Below, one piece after another: positions 18,138-26,651 of a DNA stretch of 64,000 nt. Position numbers and translations under genes: made by a program. The stretch's first letter is position 1. Each line of letters starts with the position of its first letter. Origin of the DNA: Burkholderiales bacterium (GTDB lineage: Bacteria; Pseudomonadota; Gammaproteobacteria; Burkholderiales; Casimicrobiaceae); NCBI GenBank assembly GCA_038239945.1, contig JBBSEG010000001.1, forward strand, positions 9,836 to 73,835, given 5' to 3'. Below the pieces are notes generated by a model. It searched no databases, was not told the DNA's origin, and was given only the letters and a program-made list of their open reading frames with translations.

Positions 18138-19234
18138 AGAATCCGACCCGTCGCACCGTCCTCGTAGCCGCGCTCGCGCTCCTGCTCGCGCAGGGCTGCG
18201 CCATCGTCCCGCCCAGCCCATCGGTTCAGGACGAGCCGCGCGCCGGCGCCGTGTTCGCGCGGCTGGCGCTCGATCGCGATGCCGAGGACCGCATCCTCGC
18301 AATCGACCCGCTGCACGTGACGGAGGCGGACGTCCGCGGTCCGCTCGCGAACGCTCCGGCGCCGCGCGTAATGCTGCTGCACGGCGGGATCTATCCCGTG
18401 CACCTGATCATGATCTCGTTCGGGCATTTCCTGGTGGGCATGGGCTACCCCGAAGCCGCCATCCGCGACCCGGGCACCCGCGCATGGTCGTACAGCCCGT
18501 ACGAGCAGGGCGCGCACCTGACCGGCCTCCTCGCGTGGCAATACGAGCACGACGGCATGCGCCCGATGATGGTCGGGCACAGCCAGGGCGGCATGCAGGC
18601 GATCAAGGTGCTGCAGCAGCTCGACGGGCGCTTCGGCAACGAGATCGCGGTGGTCAATCCGTGGACCCAGGCGGCGGAAGCCCGCACCACCATCGTCGAT
18701 CCCCTCACGGGGCGCACACGACCGGTGCTCGGGTTGTCGGCCGCGTACGCGTCGGTGGTCGGCGCAGGCGGCGCGGCCTACCTGCTCCCGAACCAGTGGG
18801 ACATGATCGGCAAGCTGCGCCAGATTCCCGATACGGTCGGCGAGTTCACCGGCTTCTTCATCGCGATCGATCTCATCGCGTGGAATTTCCCCGGCATCAA
18901 CGAGCAGGAAGTGTTCCGCGGAGTCGGCACGGCGCAGGTGCGCAACCTCGAGCTGCCGGCCACCTACAGCCACGTCCTGCTGCCGGCGGTCCAGGAGCTC
19001 GCGAAGGACCCGGACACGCGGGCGCGGCTCAACGCGTATGCGCCGGGCAAGGCGGGCGAAGGCGGTCTCGAGGACGATCGGCTCACCGGCGCGCTTTGGG
19101 CCGCGGACGTCTGGTACAGCATCAAGAAGAATTGGGTGATCGAGCTTCAGCGGCTGATCCGCGCCAAGCGCGCCGCGGGCTCCGCCGGAGCCGGAGCGCC
19201 CAATAGCGTACAGGCGCCGGCGCCGCCGGTCTGA
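18134..19234 (+). CDS. Lipoprotein, alpha/beta-hydrolase-like (paralog B)
   Basis: Lipobox AQG-C after a basic/hydrophobic signal; GHSQGG with Ser at 18581; shares MGYPEAxIRDP, AWxYEHDGMxP and TTIVDPxTG with paralog A. Confidence 0.78.
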   Translation: MKNPTRRTVLVAALALLLAQGCAIVPPSPSVQDEPRAGAVFARLALDRDAEDRILAIDPLHVTEADVRGPLANAPAPRVMLLHGGIYPVHLIMISFGHFLVGMGYPEAAIRDPGTRAWSYSPYEQGAHLTGLLAWQYEHDGMRPMMVGHSQGGMQAIKVLQQLDGRFGNEIAVVNPWTQAAEARTTIVDPLTGRTRPVLGLSAAYASVVGAGGAAYLLPNQWDMIGKLRQIPDTVGEFTGFFIAIDLIAWNFPGINEQEVFRGVGTAQVRNLELPATYSHVLLPAVQELAKDPDTRARLNAYAPGKAGEGGLEDDRLTGALWAADVWYSIKKNWVIELQRLIRAKRAAGSAGAGAPNSVQAPAPPV

Positions 19235-19306
19235 AGCGAGGTGGTCGCGGCGTGCGGAACGCACGCATGAGACCGCCCGTTGGCAGGGCGCGCCCGGACC
19301 ACCGGT

Positions 19307-19312
19307 TAGAAT
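19307..19312 (+). promoter_or_regulatory. Putative internal -10 element (TAGAAT) before the FabL-like gene
   Basis: TAGAAT in the 142-bp gap; the same hexamer occurs upstream of several other genes in the window. Confidence 0.5.
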
Positions 19313-19376
19313 GGCGCTCCGACGCCGCTCACCGCCCGCGGGCCCCAGTAGAGGCCGGCCCGCGCTGCTCCCGACC

Positions 19377-20153
19377 GTGCAATCCGACGCAACGTGCAAC
19401 GACCTGCCGCTTGGCGGCAAGCTCGCGCTGGTCACCGGCGCGGCCCGCGGCATCGGTCGCGCCATCGCGATGAAGCTCGCGACGCGCGGCGCGGATGTCG
19501 TCGTCAACTACTACAACAGCGCCGACGAGGCGGAGGCGCTGTGCGGCGAGATTCGCGCGCTCGGCCGGCGCGCCCTGGCGGTGCAGGCGAGCGTCGGGAT
19601 GCCGGATAGCGTGGACGAGTTGTTCGAAGCGCTCCGGAAGGAATTCGACCGGCTCGACATCGTGGTGAGCAATGCCGCCTCCGGCGTGCTCAAGCCGACG
19701 CTCGAGATGGGTCTCAAGCATTGGCGCTGGTGCATGGAGACCAACGCGCTGGCGATCGGCCTCCTCGCGCAGCGCGCGGTGCCAATGATGCGCGACGGCG
19801 GGCGGATCATCGCGATGTCGTCGCTGGGCGCGCAGCGCGCGATGCCCAATTACGGCTTCGTCGGCGCGTCGAAGGCCGCCCTGGAGGCGCTGGTGCGCGC
19901 GCTCGCGCAGGAGCTCGGTCCGCGCGGCATCCGCGTCAATACCGTCAGCGCGGGCGTCGTGGACACCGACGCGCTCGCCTATTTCCCCAATCGCGACGAG
20001 GTGCTCGCGAACTTCGCGCAGCGCACGCCGGCCGGTCCCACGCTCACGCCGCAGGCAGTGGCCGACGCGGTGTACCTGCTCTGCCTTCCCGAGGCCGCGA
20101 TGATCAACGGCCACACGCTGGTCGTCGACGGCGGCTTCGCCATCTCCGGCTGA
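19377..20153 (+). CDS. fabL: SDR oxidoreductase, FabL-like enoyl-ACP reductase
   Basis: TGAARGIG; VVSNAASGVLKP and NYGFVGASKAALE (YxxxxxxK spacing) as in FabL. Start taken at GTG 19377, downstream of the -10. Confidence 0.72.
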   Translation: MQSDATCNDLPLGGKLALVTGAARGIGRAIAMKLATRGADVVVNYYNSADEAEALCGEIRALGRRALAVQASVGMPDSVDELFEALRKEFDRLDIVVSNAASGVLKPTLEMGLKHWRWCMETNALAIGLLAQRAVPMMRDGGRIIAMSSLGAQRAMPNYGFVGASKAALEALVRALAQELGPRGIRVNTVSAGVVDTDALAYFPNRDEVLANFAQRTPAGPTLTPQAVADAVYLLCLPEAAMINGHTLVVDGGFAISG

Positions 20154-20159
20154 CGCGCG

Positions 20160-20918
20160 ATGGACGTCGATCCTGGCCTCGCGGGCAAGACGGTGATCGT
20201 GACCGGCGGCAGCCGCGGCATCGGCCGGGCCATCGTCCTGCGCTTCGCCGCCGAAGGCTCCGACGTGACGTTCTTCTACCGCGGCAATGCCGCCGCCGCC
20301 GGCGCGGTGACCGATGCGGCCGCGGCCGCGGGGCGCGCGGTGGCCGCCGCGCAGGTGGACGTGACGGACGCGGCGGCCTGCGCCGCCGCGGTCGAGCGCG
20401 TCGCCGAGCGCACCGGCCGCGTCGACGTGCTCGTGAACAACGCCGGCGTCATCCGCGACAACCAGCTCGCCGCGATGTCCGACGAGGACGTAAGCATGGT
20501 GCTCGACACCAACGTTGGCGGCGTATTCAACATGGCGCGCGCCGTGGTGCCGCACATGATCGTGCAACGCGCCGGACGGATCGTGAACCTGAGCTCGGTC
20601 GCCGCGGAAAAGGGCGGGCGCGGCCAGACCAACTACGCGGCGAGCAAGGGCGCGATCAACGCGTTCACGCGCTCGCTCGCGGTCGAGCTCGCGCCGCGGC
20701 GCATCACCGTCAACGCAGTGGCGCCGGGCGTGATCGAGACGGAGATGTCGCAGGACGTGCGCGACATGGCCGGCGACGAAGTGAAGAACCGGATCCTGCT
20801 GAAGCGCTACGGCAAGCCGGAAGAGGTCGCGTACGCCGTGTGGTTCCTGGCGTCCGACTACGCGAGCTACGTGACGGGACAGGTGTTCCACGTCGACGGC
20901 GGCTTCAAGATGGCATGA
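20160..20918 (+). CDS. fabG: 3-oxoacyl-ACP reductase
   Basis: TGGSRGIG, NNAG, NLSS, NYAASKG, VTGQVFHVDGG. Confidence 0.88.
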   Translation: MDVDPGLAGKTVIVTGGSRGIGRAIVLRFAAEGSDVTFFYRGNAAAAGAVTDAAAAAGRAVAAAQVDVTDAAACAAAVERVAERTGRVDVLVNNAGVIRDNQLAAMSDEDVSMVLDTNVGGVFNMARAVVPHMIVQRAGRIVNLSSVAAEKGGRGQTNYAASKGAINAFTRSLAVELAPRRITVNAVAPGVIETEMSQDVRDMAGDEVKNRILLKRYGKPEEVAYAVWFLASDYASYVTGQVFHVDGGFKMA

Positions 20919-20933
20919 AGGGAGAACCGCAAC

Positions 20934-21362
20934 ATGGCTGAGCAACCGATCACCCAGGCGCAGATCGACGCCGTATATCCGAAGGTCGCCGAGACGATGG
21001 CCGACGCGCTCGGCGCCGACCTCGAGGACATCAAGCCCAAGGTGTCGCTCATCGAGGGCCTCGATGCCGAGTCCATCGATTTCCTCGACATGGTGTTTCG
21101 CCTCGAGCGCGCGTTCAAGATCAAGATCCCGCGCGGCAAGATCGTCGAGAACGCGCGCGGCGACCTGCCCGAGGAGGAGTTCGAGCAGAAGGGCATCGTC
21201 ACCGAGAGGGGCCTCGTGCAGCTGCGCGAGTATTTGTCCGAGGTGCCGGCCGAGCGCTTCAAGACCCCGCTGAAGGCGGCCGAAATCCCGCGCCTCTTCA
21301 CACCCGAGACGTTCTGCAAGCTGGTGATCCGCGCGCAGCGCGAGGCGCCGGCGCCGGCGTGA
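20934..21362 (+). CDS. Oversized acyl carrier protein (142 aa)
   Basis: Acidic; LDAESIDFLDMVFRLERAFKIKI with Ppant Ser at 21072; GGAG RBS. Confidence 0.85.
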   Translation: MAEQPITQAQIDAVYPKVAETMADALGADLEDIKPKVSLIEGLDAESIDFLDMVFRLERAFKIKIPRGKIVENARGDLPEEEFEQKGIVTERGLVQLREYLSEVPAERFKTPLKAAEIPRLFTPETFCKLVIRAQREAPAPA

Positions 21363-21387
21363 AGACCGGTCCAGTCGTGAGCTGACC

Positions 21388-22230
21388 GTGCCTTCGGCCG
21401 ATCACTTCGCCGCGTACTCGTTCGTCGACCGCATCGACCGGTTCGAGCCGGGGCGCGTAGCCACCGCGCGCTTCGCCGTGCCGCGCGAGGTGGCGCGCTT
21501 TCCGGCGTGCCTGGTCGCCGAGGCGGTCGGCCAGCTCGCGGCGTGGGTGTCGATGGACCGCATCGACTTCCGCGGCCGGCCCGTCGCTGCGCTCGCGAGC
21601 CAGACGCGCATCCTGGGCGATGCGCGTCCAGGCGACGTGCTCGAGCTCGCCGTGACCGTGGACCAGTGCGACGACGAGGCGGTCGCGTACGGTGGGTCCG
21701 CCCATGCGCACGGCGCGCCGCTGGTCGAGCTCGTCGATTGCCTCGGACCGATGCTCCCGGTCGCCGAGTTCGACGCGCCAGAGGAGCTGCGCGCGCGGCT
21801 TGCCGTGCTGCGCGGCCCGGGCGCCGTGCCGGGACGGTTTCGCGGCGTCCCGTCGCCGGCCGTAACGATGCTCGAACGGGTCGCAGGCGTGTCCCTGCGC
21901 GCGCGCCTCGACGTGCCGGCCAGCGCGGCGTTCTTCAACGATCATTTCCCGCGCCGGCCGGTGTTCCCGGCGACGCTGCTGCTCGACACGCAGATCGCGC
22001 ACACGCTCCTGCTCGCCCGCGACGCGGCGTGGGCCGCCGGACGCACGGTGACGGCCGCCAAGGTCACCCACGTGAAGATGCGCTCGTTCATCCACCCCGG
22101 CCAGGCGCTCGATCTCGCCCTCGACGTGGCCGTGCCGGTGGACGGCGTTGCGAAAGCGACGATGCAGGCGCGTTGCGACGCTCGCGTGGTCGCCGGTGCG
22201 CGCCTCGAGATGGAGGTGACCGATGCGTGA
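21388..22230 (+). CDS. Tandem hotdog-fold (FabZ/FabA-like) dehydratase
   Basis: Domain 1 FVDRI...FPACLVAEAVGQ; domain 2 FFNDHFPRRPVFPATLLLD. Confidence 0.8.
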   Translation: MPSADHFAAYSFVDRIDRFEPGRVATARFAVPREVARFPACLVAEAVGQLAAWVSMDRIDFRGRPVAALASQTRILGDARPGDVLELAVTVDQCDDEAVAYGGSAHAHGAPLVELVDCLGPMLPVAEFDAPEELRARLAVLRGPGAVPGRFRGVPSPAVTMLERVAGVSLRARLDVPASAAFFNDHFPRRPVFPATLLLDTQIAHTLLLARDAAWAAGRTVTAAKVTHVKMRSFIHPGQALDLALDVAVPVDGVAKATMQARCDARVVAGARLEMEVTDA

Positions 22231-23515
22231 GCGCCGCCGGGTCGCGATCACGGGCGTGGGGGTGGTCACGCCGGTCGGCAACGACGCGCCGGCCACGTGG
22301 CGGGCGGTGCTCGATGGGCAGAGCGGCGCCGCGCCCATCTCGCTGTTCGACGCGAGCGGCTTCTCCACGCGCATCGCCGCGGAGGTGAAGGGCTTCGACT
22401 CGCGCGTGCTCACCGCCGAGCGCAAGCTCGTGAAGTTCGCCAACCGGTCGCATCGCTTCGCGCTCGCCGCGGCCGAGCAGGCGATGGCCGACGCGGGCAT
22501 CGCGCCCACCCCCGGCGACGCCGAGCGCTGGGGTTGCGCGGTCGGCACGGGGATGATGGGGGTCGACTTCGACGATCTCACGGCGGTGCACCGGCATTCG
22601 GCGCGCGGCGGCGAGCTCGACCCGCAGCGCATGGTCGACGACCCGGCCGCCACCGATCCGCTGGTTTTCTGCCGCAGCCAGGCGACGGCGGGCGTGGCTC
22701 TGCTCACGCGCCGGTTCGGCATCCGCGGATATTCCACGTCGGTGCACACCGCGTGCGCGTCGGGAGGCCAGGCCATCGGCACCGCCCTGAAGCTGATCCG
22801 GCGCGGCGCGGTCGACCGCGCGCTCGCGGGCGGCTTCGACTCGATGATCAGTCCGGCCGGGCTCGCCGGGTTCTGCCTGCTCTCGGCGGTGTCGGCCGAC
22901 AACGACGACCCGACGCATGCGAGCCGCCCGTTCGACGCGAATCGCAACGGCTTCGTGCTCGGCGAGGGCGCAGGCTTCCTGGTGCTCGAGGAATGGCAGG
23001 CGGCGAAGGCGCGCGGCGCGCGCGTCTACGCGGAGCTGGCCGGCGACGGCAATTCGCTGTCGTCGTATCGCATCACCGACTCGCCCCCCAACGGCGACGG
23101 TCCGATCCAGTCGATGCTGGCCGCCCTCCGCGACGCCGGCGCGTCGATCGGCGACGTCGACTACATCAACGCGCACGGCACGTCCACGCCGATGAACGAC
23201 CGCAGCGAAAGCGCCGCGATCCACGCGGTGTTCGGCGCGCGCACCGCCGATGTGAGCGTCAGCTCCACCAAGAGCACGATGGGTCACCTGATCGCCGCCG
23301 CGGGCGCCGTCGAGGTGGTGATCTGCGCCATGGCGATCCGCCACGGCGAGCTGCCGGTCAACGCGAACTTCGTCGATCGCGATCCGGACTGCGATCTCAA
23401 CCTGGTGCTCGCGCCGCGCCGGCAGGCCGTCGGCATGACGCTCTCCAATTCCTTTGGCTTCGGCGGCTCGAACAGCTGCGTGGCGCTGCGGCATCCGGAC
23501 GCCGTGGCAGCGTGA
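22223..23515 (+). CDS. fabF: Beta-ketoacyl-ACP synthase II (intact Cys-His-His)
   Basis: TACASG (Cys 22754), YINAHGTST, KSTMGHLIAAAG, GFVLGEGAG, SNSFGFGG. Confidence 0.92.
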   Translation: MRERRRVAITGVGVVTPVGNDAPATWRAVLDGQSGAAPISLFDASGFSTRIAAEVKGFDSRVLTAERKLVKFANRSHRFALAAAEQAMADAGIAPTPGDAERWGCAVGTGMMGVDFDDLTAVHRHSARGGELDPQRMVDDPAATDPLVFCRSQATAGVALLTRRFGIRGYSTSVHTACASGGQAIGTALKLIRRGAVDRALAGGFDSMISPAGLAGFCLLSAVSADNDDPTHASRPFDANRNGFVLGEGAGFLVLEEWQAAKARGARVYAELAGDGNSLSSYRITDSPPNGDGPIQSMLAALRDAGASIGDVDYINAHGTSTPMNDRSESAAIHAVFGARTADVSVSSTKSTMGHLIAAAGAVEVVICAMAIRHGELPVNANFVDRDPDCDLNLVLAPRRQAVGMTLSNSFGFGGSNSCVALRHPDAVAA

Positions 23516-24819
23516 CGGCACCCGCGATGCGCGAGCGCATCCTGATCACCGGCGCCGGGGCGGTATGCGCATCGGGCATGGATCCCGCCGCCATCTTAGC
23601 TGCCGTGCGCCGCGGGGAGTCGGCGATCGGACCCATCCGCGGCTGGGATACGACCGGCTGGCCGATCCGGTCCGCGGCCGAGATGCCGACTTTCGACGCG
23701 CGCGCGCTGGTGGACGATCGCAAACTGCACAAGTTCATCCGCCGCACCGACTTCTTCGGCATCTATGCGGGCGATCGCGCGGTCGCGGAAGCGGGCTTCA
23801 CAGCGTTCCGCTCCGGCCTTGCCGCCGACGCCGCCGCGCACTTCAACGACCGCACGGGCGTGTACGTCGGCTCCGGCGGCGGCGCATTCGCGAACATGTA
23901 CGACTACTTTCCGCTGATGACGGAATCCGGCGGCGCGATGCCCGCCTTCGGCGCCGAGCTTGGGAATGTCGTCAATCCGATGTGGCTCCTGCGCACGTTG
24001 CCCAACAACGTGCTCTGCCACGTCGGCATCCGCAACGAGCTCAAGGGTGCCAACGCCTGCATAACCAACCATAGCTGCGGCGGCGCGATGGCCGTCATCG
24101 AGGCCGCCGAGGCGCTGCGCACCGGCGAGGCGGACCGCGCCGTCGCCATCGGGCACGACACGCCCATCGAGCCGCAGATGGTCCTCTTCTACCACCGCTG
24201 CGGGCTCCTCGGCCGCGACACGCTGCGGCCGTTCGACGCGCACCGCGACGGCAGCGTGTTCGGCGAAGGCGCCGCCGCGCTGGCGCTCGAGACCGCGACC
24301 GCCGCGGCGGCGCGCGGCGCCCGCGCGATGGGCGAGGTGCTGGGCGGCGGCTCGGCTGCCGAAGCGGAAGGACTTCTGTCGATCCGTGCCGACGGCGATG
24401 GCGTCGAGCGGGCGATCCGCGCAGCACTTGCCGACGCCGGCGTAGCACCCGCCGACGTGGGCATGATCGTCGCGCACGGCAACGGGACGCGGCTGTCCGA
24501 CGCCAGCGAGGCGGCCGCGCTCCTGAGGGTCTTCGGCCCGGACGGTCCGCCGGTCACCGCCTTCAAGTGGGTCTTCGGCCACCTGATCGCCGCGGCGGGC
24601 ATCGTGGAAACCGTCGTGGCGCTCGCCGCGCTGCGCGCAGGCGTCGTGCCGGGCATCGCGACCTTGCGCGCGCTCGACCCGGCTTGCGCCGGCCTGGCGG
24701 TGTCTTCGCAGGACCAAGTGCCGCGCACCGACGTCGCGCTGATCGTGTCCCGGGGCTTCGCCGGGACGGACACCGCGCTGCTCGTGCGAGCCGGCGCGCG
24801 CGATCCCGGCGTAAGCTAG
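23512..24819 (+). CDS. Ketosynthase-like protein with catalytic Cys replaced by Ser (chain-length-factor-like)
   Basis: GTGA overlap; KS fold (GSVFGEGAA, VAHGNGT, KWVFGHLIAAAG); TNHSCGG aligns with HTACASG. Confidence 0.85.
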   Translation: MTAPAMRERILITGAGAVCASGMDPAAILAAVRRGESAIGPIRGWDTTGWPIRSAAEMPTFDARALVDDRKLHKFIRRTDFFGIYAGDRAVAEAGFTAFRSGLAADAAAHFNDRTGVYVGSGGGAFANMYDYFPLMTESGGAMPAFGAELGNVVNPMWLLRTLPNNVLCHVGIRNELKGANACITNHSCGGAMAVIEAAEALRTGEADRAVAIGHDTPIEPQMVLFYHRCGLLGRDTLRPFDAHRDGSVFGEGAAALALETATAAAARGARAMGEVLGGGSAAEAEGLLSIRADGDGVERAIRAALADAGVAPADVGMIVAHGNGTRLSDASEAAALLRVFGPDGPPVTAFKWVFGHLIAAAGIVETVVALAALRAGVVPGIATLRALDPACAGLAVSSQDQVPRTDVALIVSRGFAGTDTALLVRAGARDPGVS

Positions 24820-24832
24820 CGAGCTCCCGGCC

Positions 24833-25750
24833 ATGCTCGAAACCCTGCTCGCACCGCGCTTCATCGTGCTGTACGCGTTCATCGCGTCGGCCGTGTACAT
24901 CCACTATCGCGGCCGCGTGCGCCACGGCTTCCTGCGCCAGCTGACCGACCATTCGTCGCTGATGGCGCCCTACAACACGCTCATGTACCTGTTCTCGGCG
25001 GTGCCGAACCGCCCGTATGTGGAGGTCGACCGGTTTCCCGAGCTCGCCCCGCTGCGCGACAACTGGCAGGTGATCCGCGACGAGGCGCTGTCGCTGTTCG
25101 ACGAAGGGCACATCCGCGCGGCGGCGACGTACAACGACCTCGGCTTCAACTCGTTCTTCAAGACCGGCTGGAAGCGCTTCTACGTGAAGTGGTACGACGA
25201 GCCGGTGCCGTCGGCGCGTGCGCTGTGCCCGCGCACGGTGGCGCTGGTGCAGTCGATCGGCACCGTGAACGCGGCGATGTTCGCGCTGCTGCCGCCGGGC
25301 AGCAAGCTCGGGGCGCACCGCGATCCCTTCGCCGGGTCGCTGCGCTATCACCTCGGGCTCGTCACGCCGAACAACGACACGTGCCGCATCGTCGTCGACG
25401 GGCAACCGTACTTCTGGCGGGATGGCGAGCCGGTCATGTTCGACGAGACCTTCATCCACACCGCCGAGAATCGCAGCGACGTCACGCGGCTCATCCTGTT
25501 CTGCGACGTCGAGCGCCCGCTCACGCTGCGCCCGATGCAGTGGCTGAACCACCTGATCGAGATGACGGTGATCCGCGCCAGCCAGACCGAGAACGTGCCG
25601 GGGGACGGCGTAGGCCTGCTCAATCACCTCTTCAACGGCGTGTACCGCGTCCGCCTGATCGGCAAGTGGATCAAGAGCAAGAGCCACTTCGCGCACTACA
25701 CGCTGAAGTGGCTGCTGATCGGCGGGCTGCTCTACCTGATCTTCCGCTAG
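24833..25750 (+). CDS. lpxO: LpxO-like Fe(II)/2-oxoglutarate acyl-chain hydroxylase
   Basis: N- and C-terminal TM helices; DLGFNSFFKTGWKRFYVKWY, HRD and DETFIHTA iron-binding motifs. Confidence 0.85.
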   Translation: MLETLLAPRFIVLYAFIASAVYIHYRGRVRHGFLRQLTDHSSLMAPYNTLMYLFSAVPNRPYVEVDRFPELAPLRDNWQVIRDEALSLFDEGHIRAAATYNDLGFNSFFKTGWKRFYVKWYDEPVPSARALCPRTVALVQSIGTVNAAMFALLPPGSKLGAHRDPFAGSLRYHLGLVTPNNDTCRIVVDGQPYFWRDGEPVMFDETFIHTAENRSDVTRLILFCDVERPLTLRPMQWLNHLIEMTVIRASQTENVPGDGVGLLNHLFNGVYRVRLIGKWIKSKSHFAHYTLKWLLIGGLLYLIFR

Positions 25751-25787
25751 CCGGGCTTCAGCGAAGCGCCAGAGCGACGCCGCCCGG

Positions 25788-26651
25788 ATGGACGATACCG
25801 CCTCCAAGCCCGCGCCGGTGTCGCCCCTCCGGCCAGGCGTGCGCAACGGCGGGCTGTTCGCGCCGCTCGTGCAGCTGGCGCGCCATCGGCGCCTCGTGTT
25901 CCATCTCACGCGGCGCGAGATCGCGGGCCGCTACCGCGGCTCGACGTTCGGGCTCCTCTGGTCGCTGTTCAATCCGCTGCTGCTCCTCGCGCTGTACACG
26001 TTCGTGTTCAGCACGATCTTTCGCATGAAGTGGGGCGCGGGCCCGGCCAACCGCGCGGAGTTCGCGATCGTGGTGTTTGCCGGGATGATCGTGCACGGGC
26101 TGTTCGCCGAGACCGCCAACCGCGCGCCGGGGCTGATCGTCGCCAACGCGAATTACGTGAAGCGGGTCGTCTTCCCGCTCGAGATCCTGCCGTGGGTGGC
26201 GACGCTGGCGGCGCTCTTCCATACCACGGTGAGCACGCTCGTGCTCGCGGCGTTCATCCTGGTGGAGAACGGCGCGCTGCCGCCGACCGCCTTGCTGGCA
26301 CCGGTGGTGCTGCTGCCGCTCGTGCTGATCACCGCCGGCGCGTGCTGGGCCTTGGCGGCGCTCGGCGTGTTTTTTCGCGACGTCGGCCAGACCATCGGCC
26401 TCGTCACCACCGTGCTGTTGTTCCTGAGCCCGGTGTTCTATCCGCCGGCCGCCGTGCCGCCTGAATTCCGCGCGCTGGTGGAATGGAATTTCCTGACGCC
26501 GGTGATGGAGGCGTTTCGCAGCGTCCTGTACTACGGCCGCGCGCCCGATTGGCTCGCGTGGCTATACCTGATGGCGGCCGGACTCGTGGTCGCCTGGCTG
26601 GGACTGCGCGCGTTCGAGCATTCTCGCAAGGGTTTCGCGGATGTCATCTAG
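25788..26651 (+). CDS. wzm: Polysaccharide ABC transporter permease (Wzm)
   Basis: REIAGRYRGSTFGLLWSLFNP, YVKRVVFP, SPVFYP, HSRKGFADVI. Confidence 0.93.
   Translation: MDDTASKPAPVSPLRPGVRNGGLFAPLVQLARHRRLVFHLTRREIAGRYRGSTFGLLWSLFNPLLLLALYTFVFSTIFRMKWGAGPANRAEFAIVVFAGMIVHGLFAETANRAPGLIVANANYVKRVVFPLEILPWVATLAALFHTTVSTLVLAAFILVENGALPPTALLAPVVLLPLVLITAGACWALAALGVFFRDVGQTIGLVTTVLLFLSPVFYPPAAVPPEFRALVEWNFLTPVMEAFRSVLYYGRAPDWLAWLYLMAAGLVVAWLGLRAFEHSRKGFADVI

Noticed and set aside
19377-24819. Housekeeping FAS II, aryl-polyene or ladderane cluster
   Set aside because: No fabH, fabD, plsX or canonical acpP; no aryl-loading AMP ligase; no radical-SAM or desaturase genes; an enoyl reductase is present.
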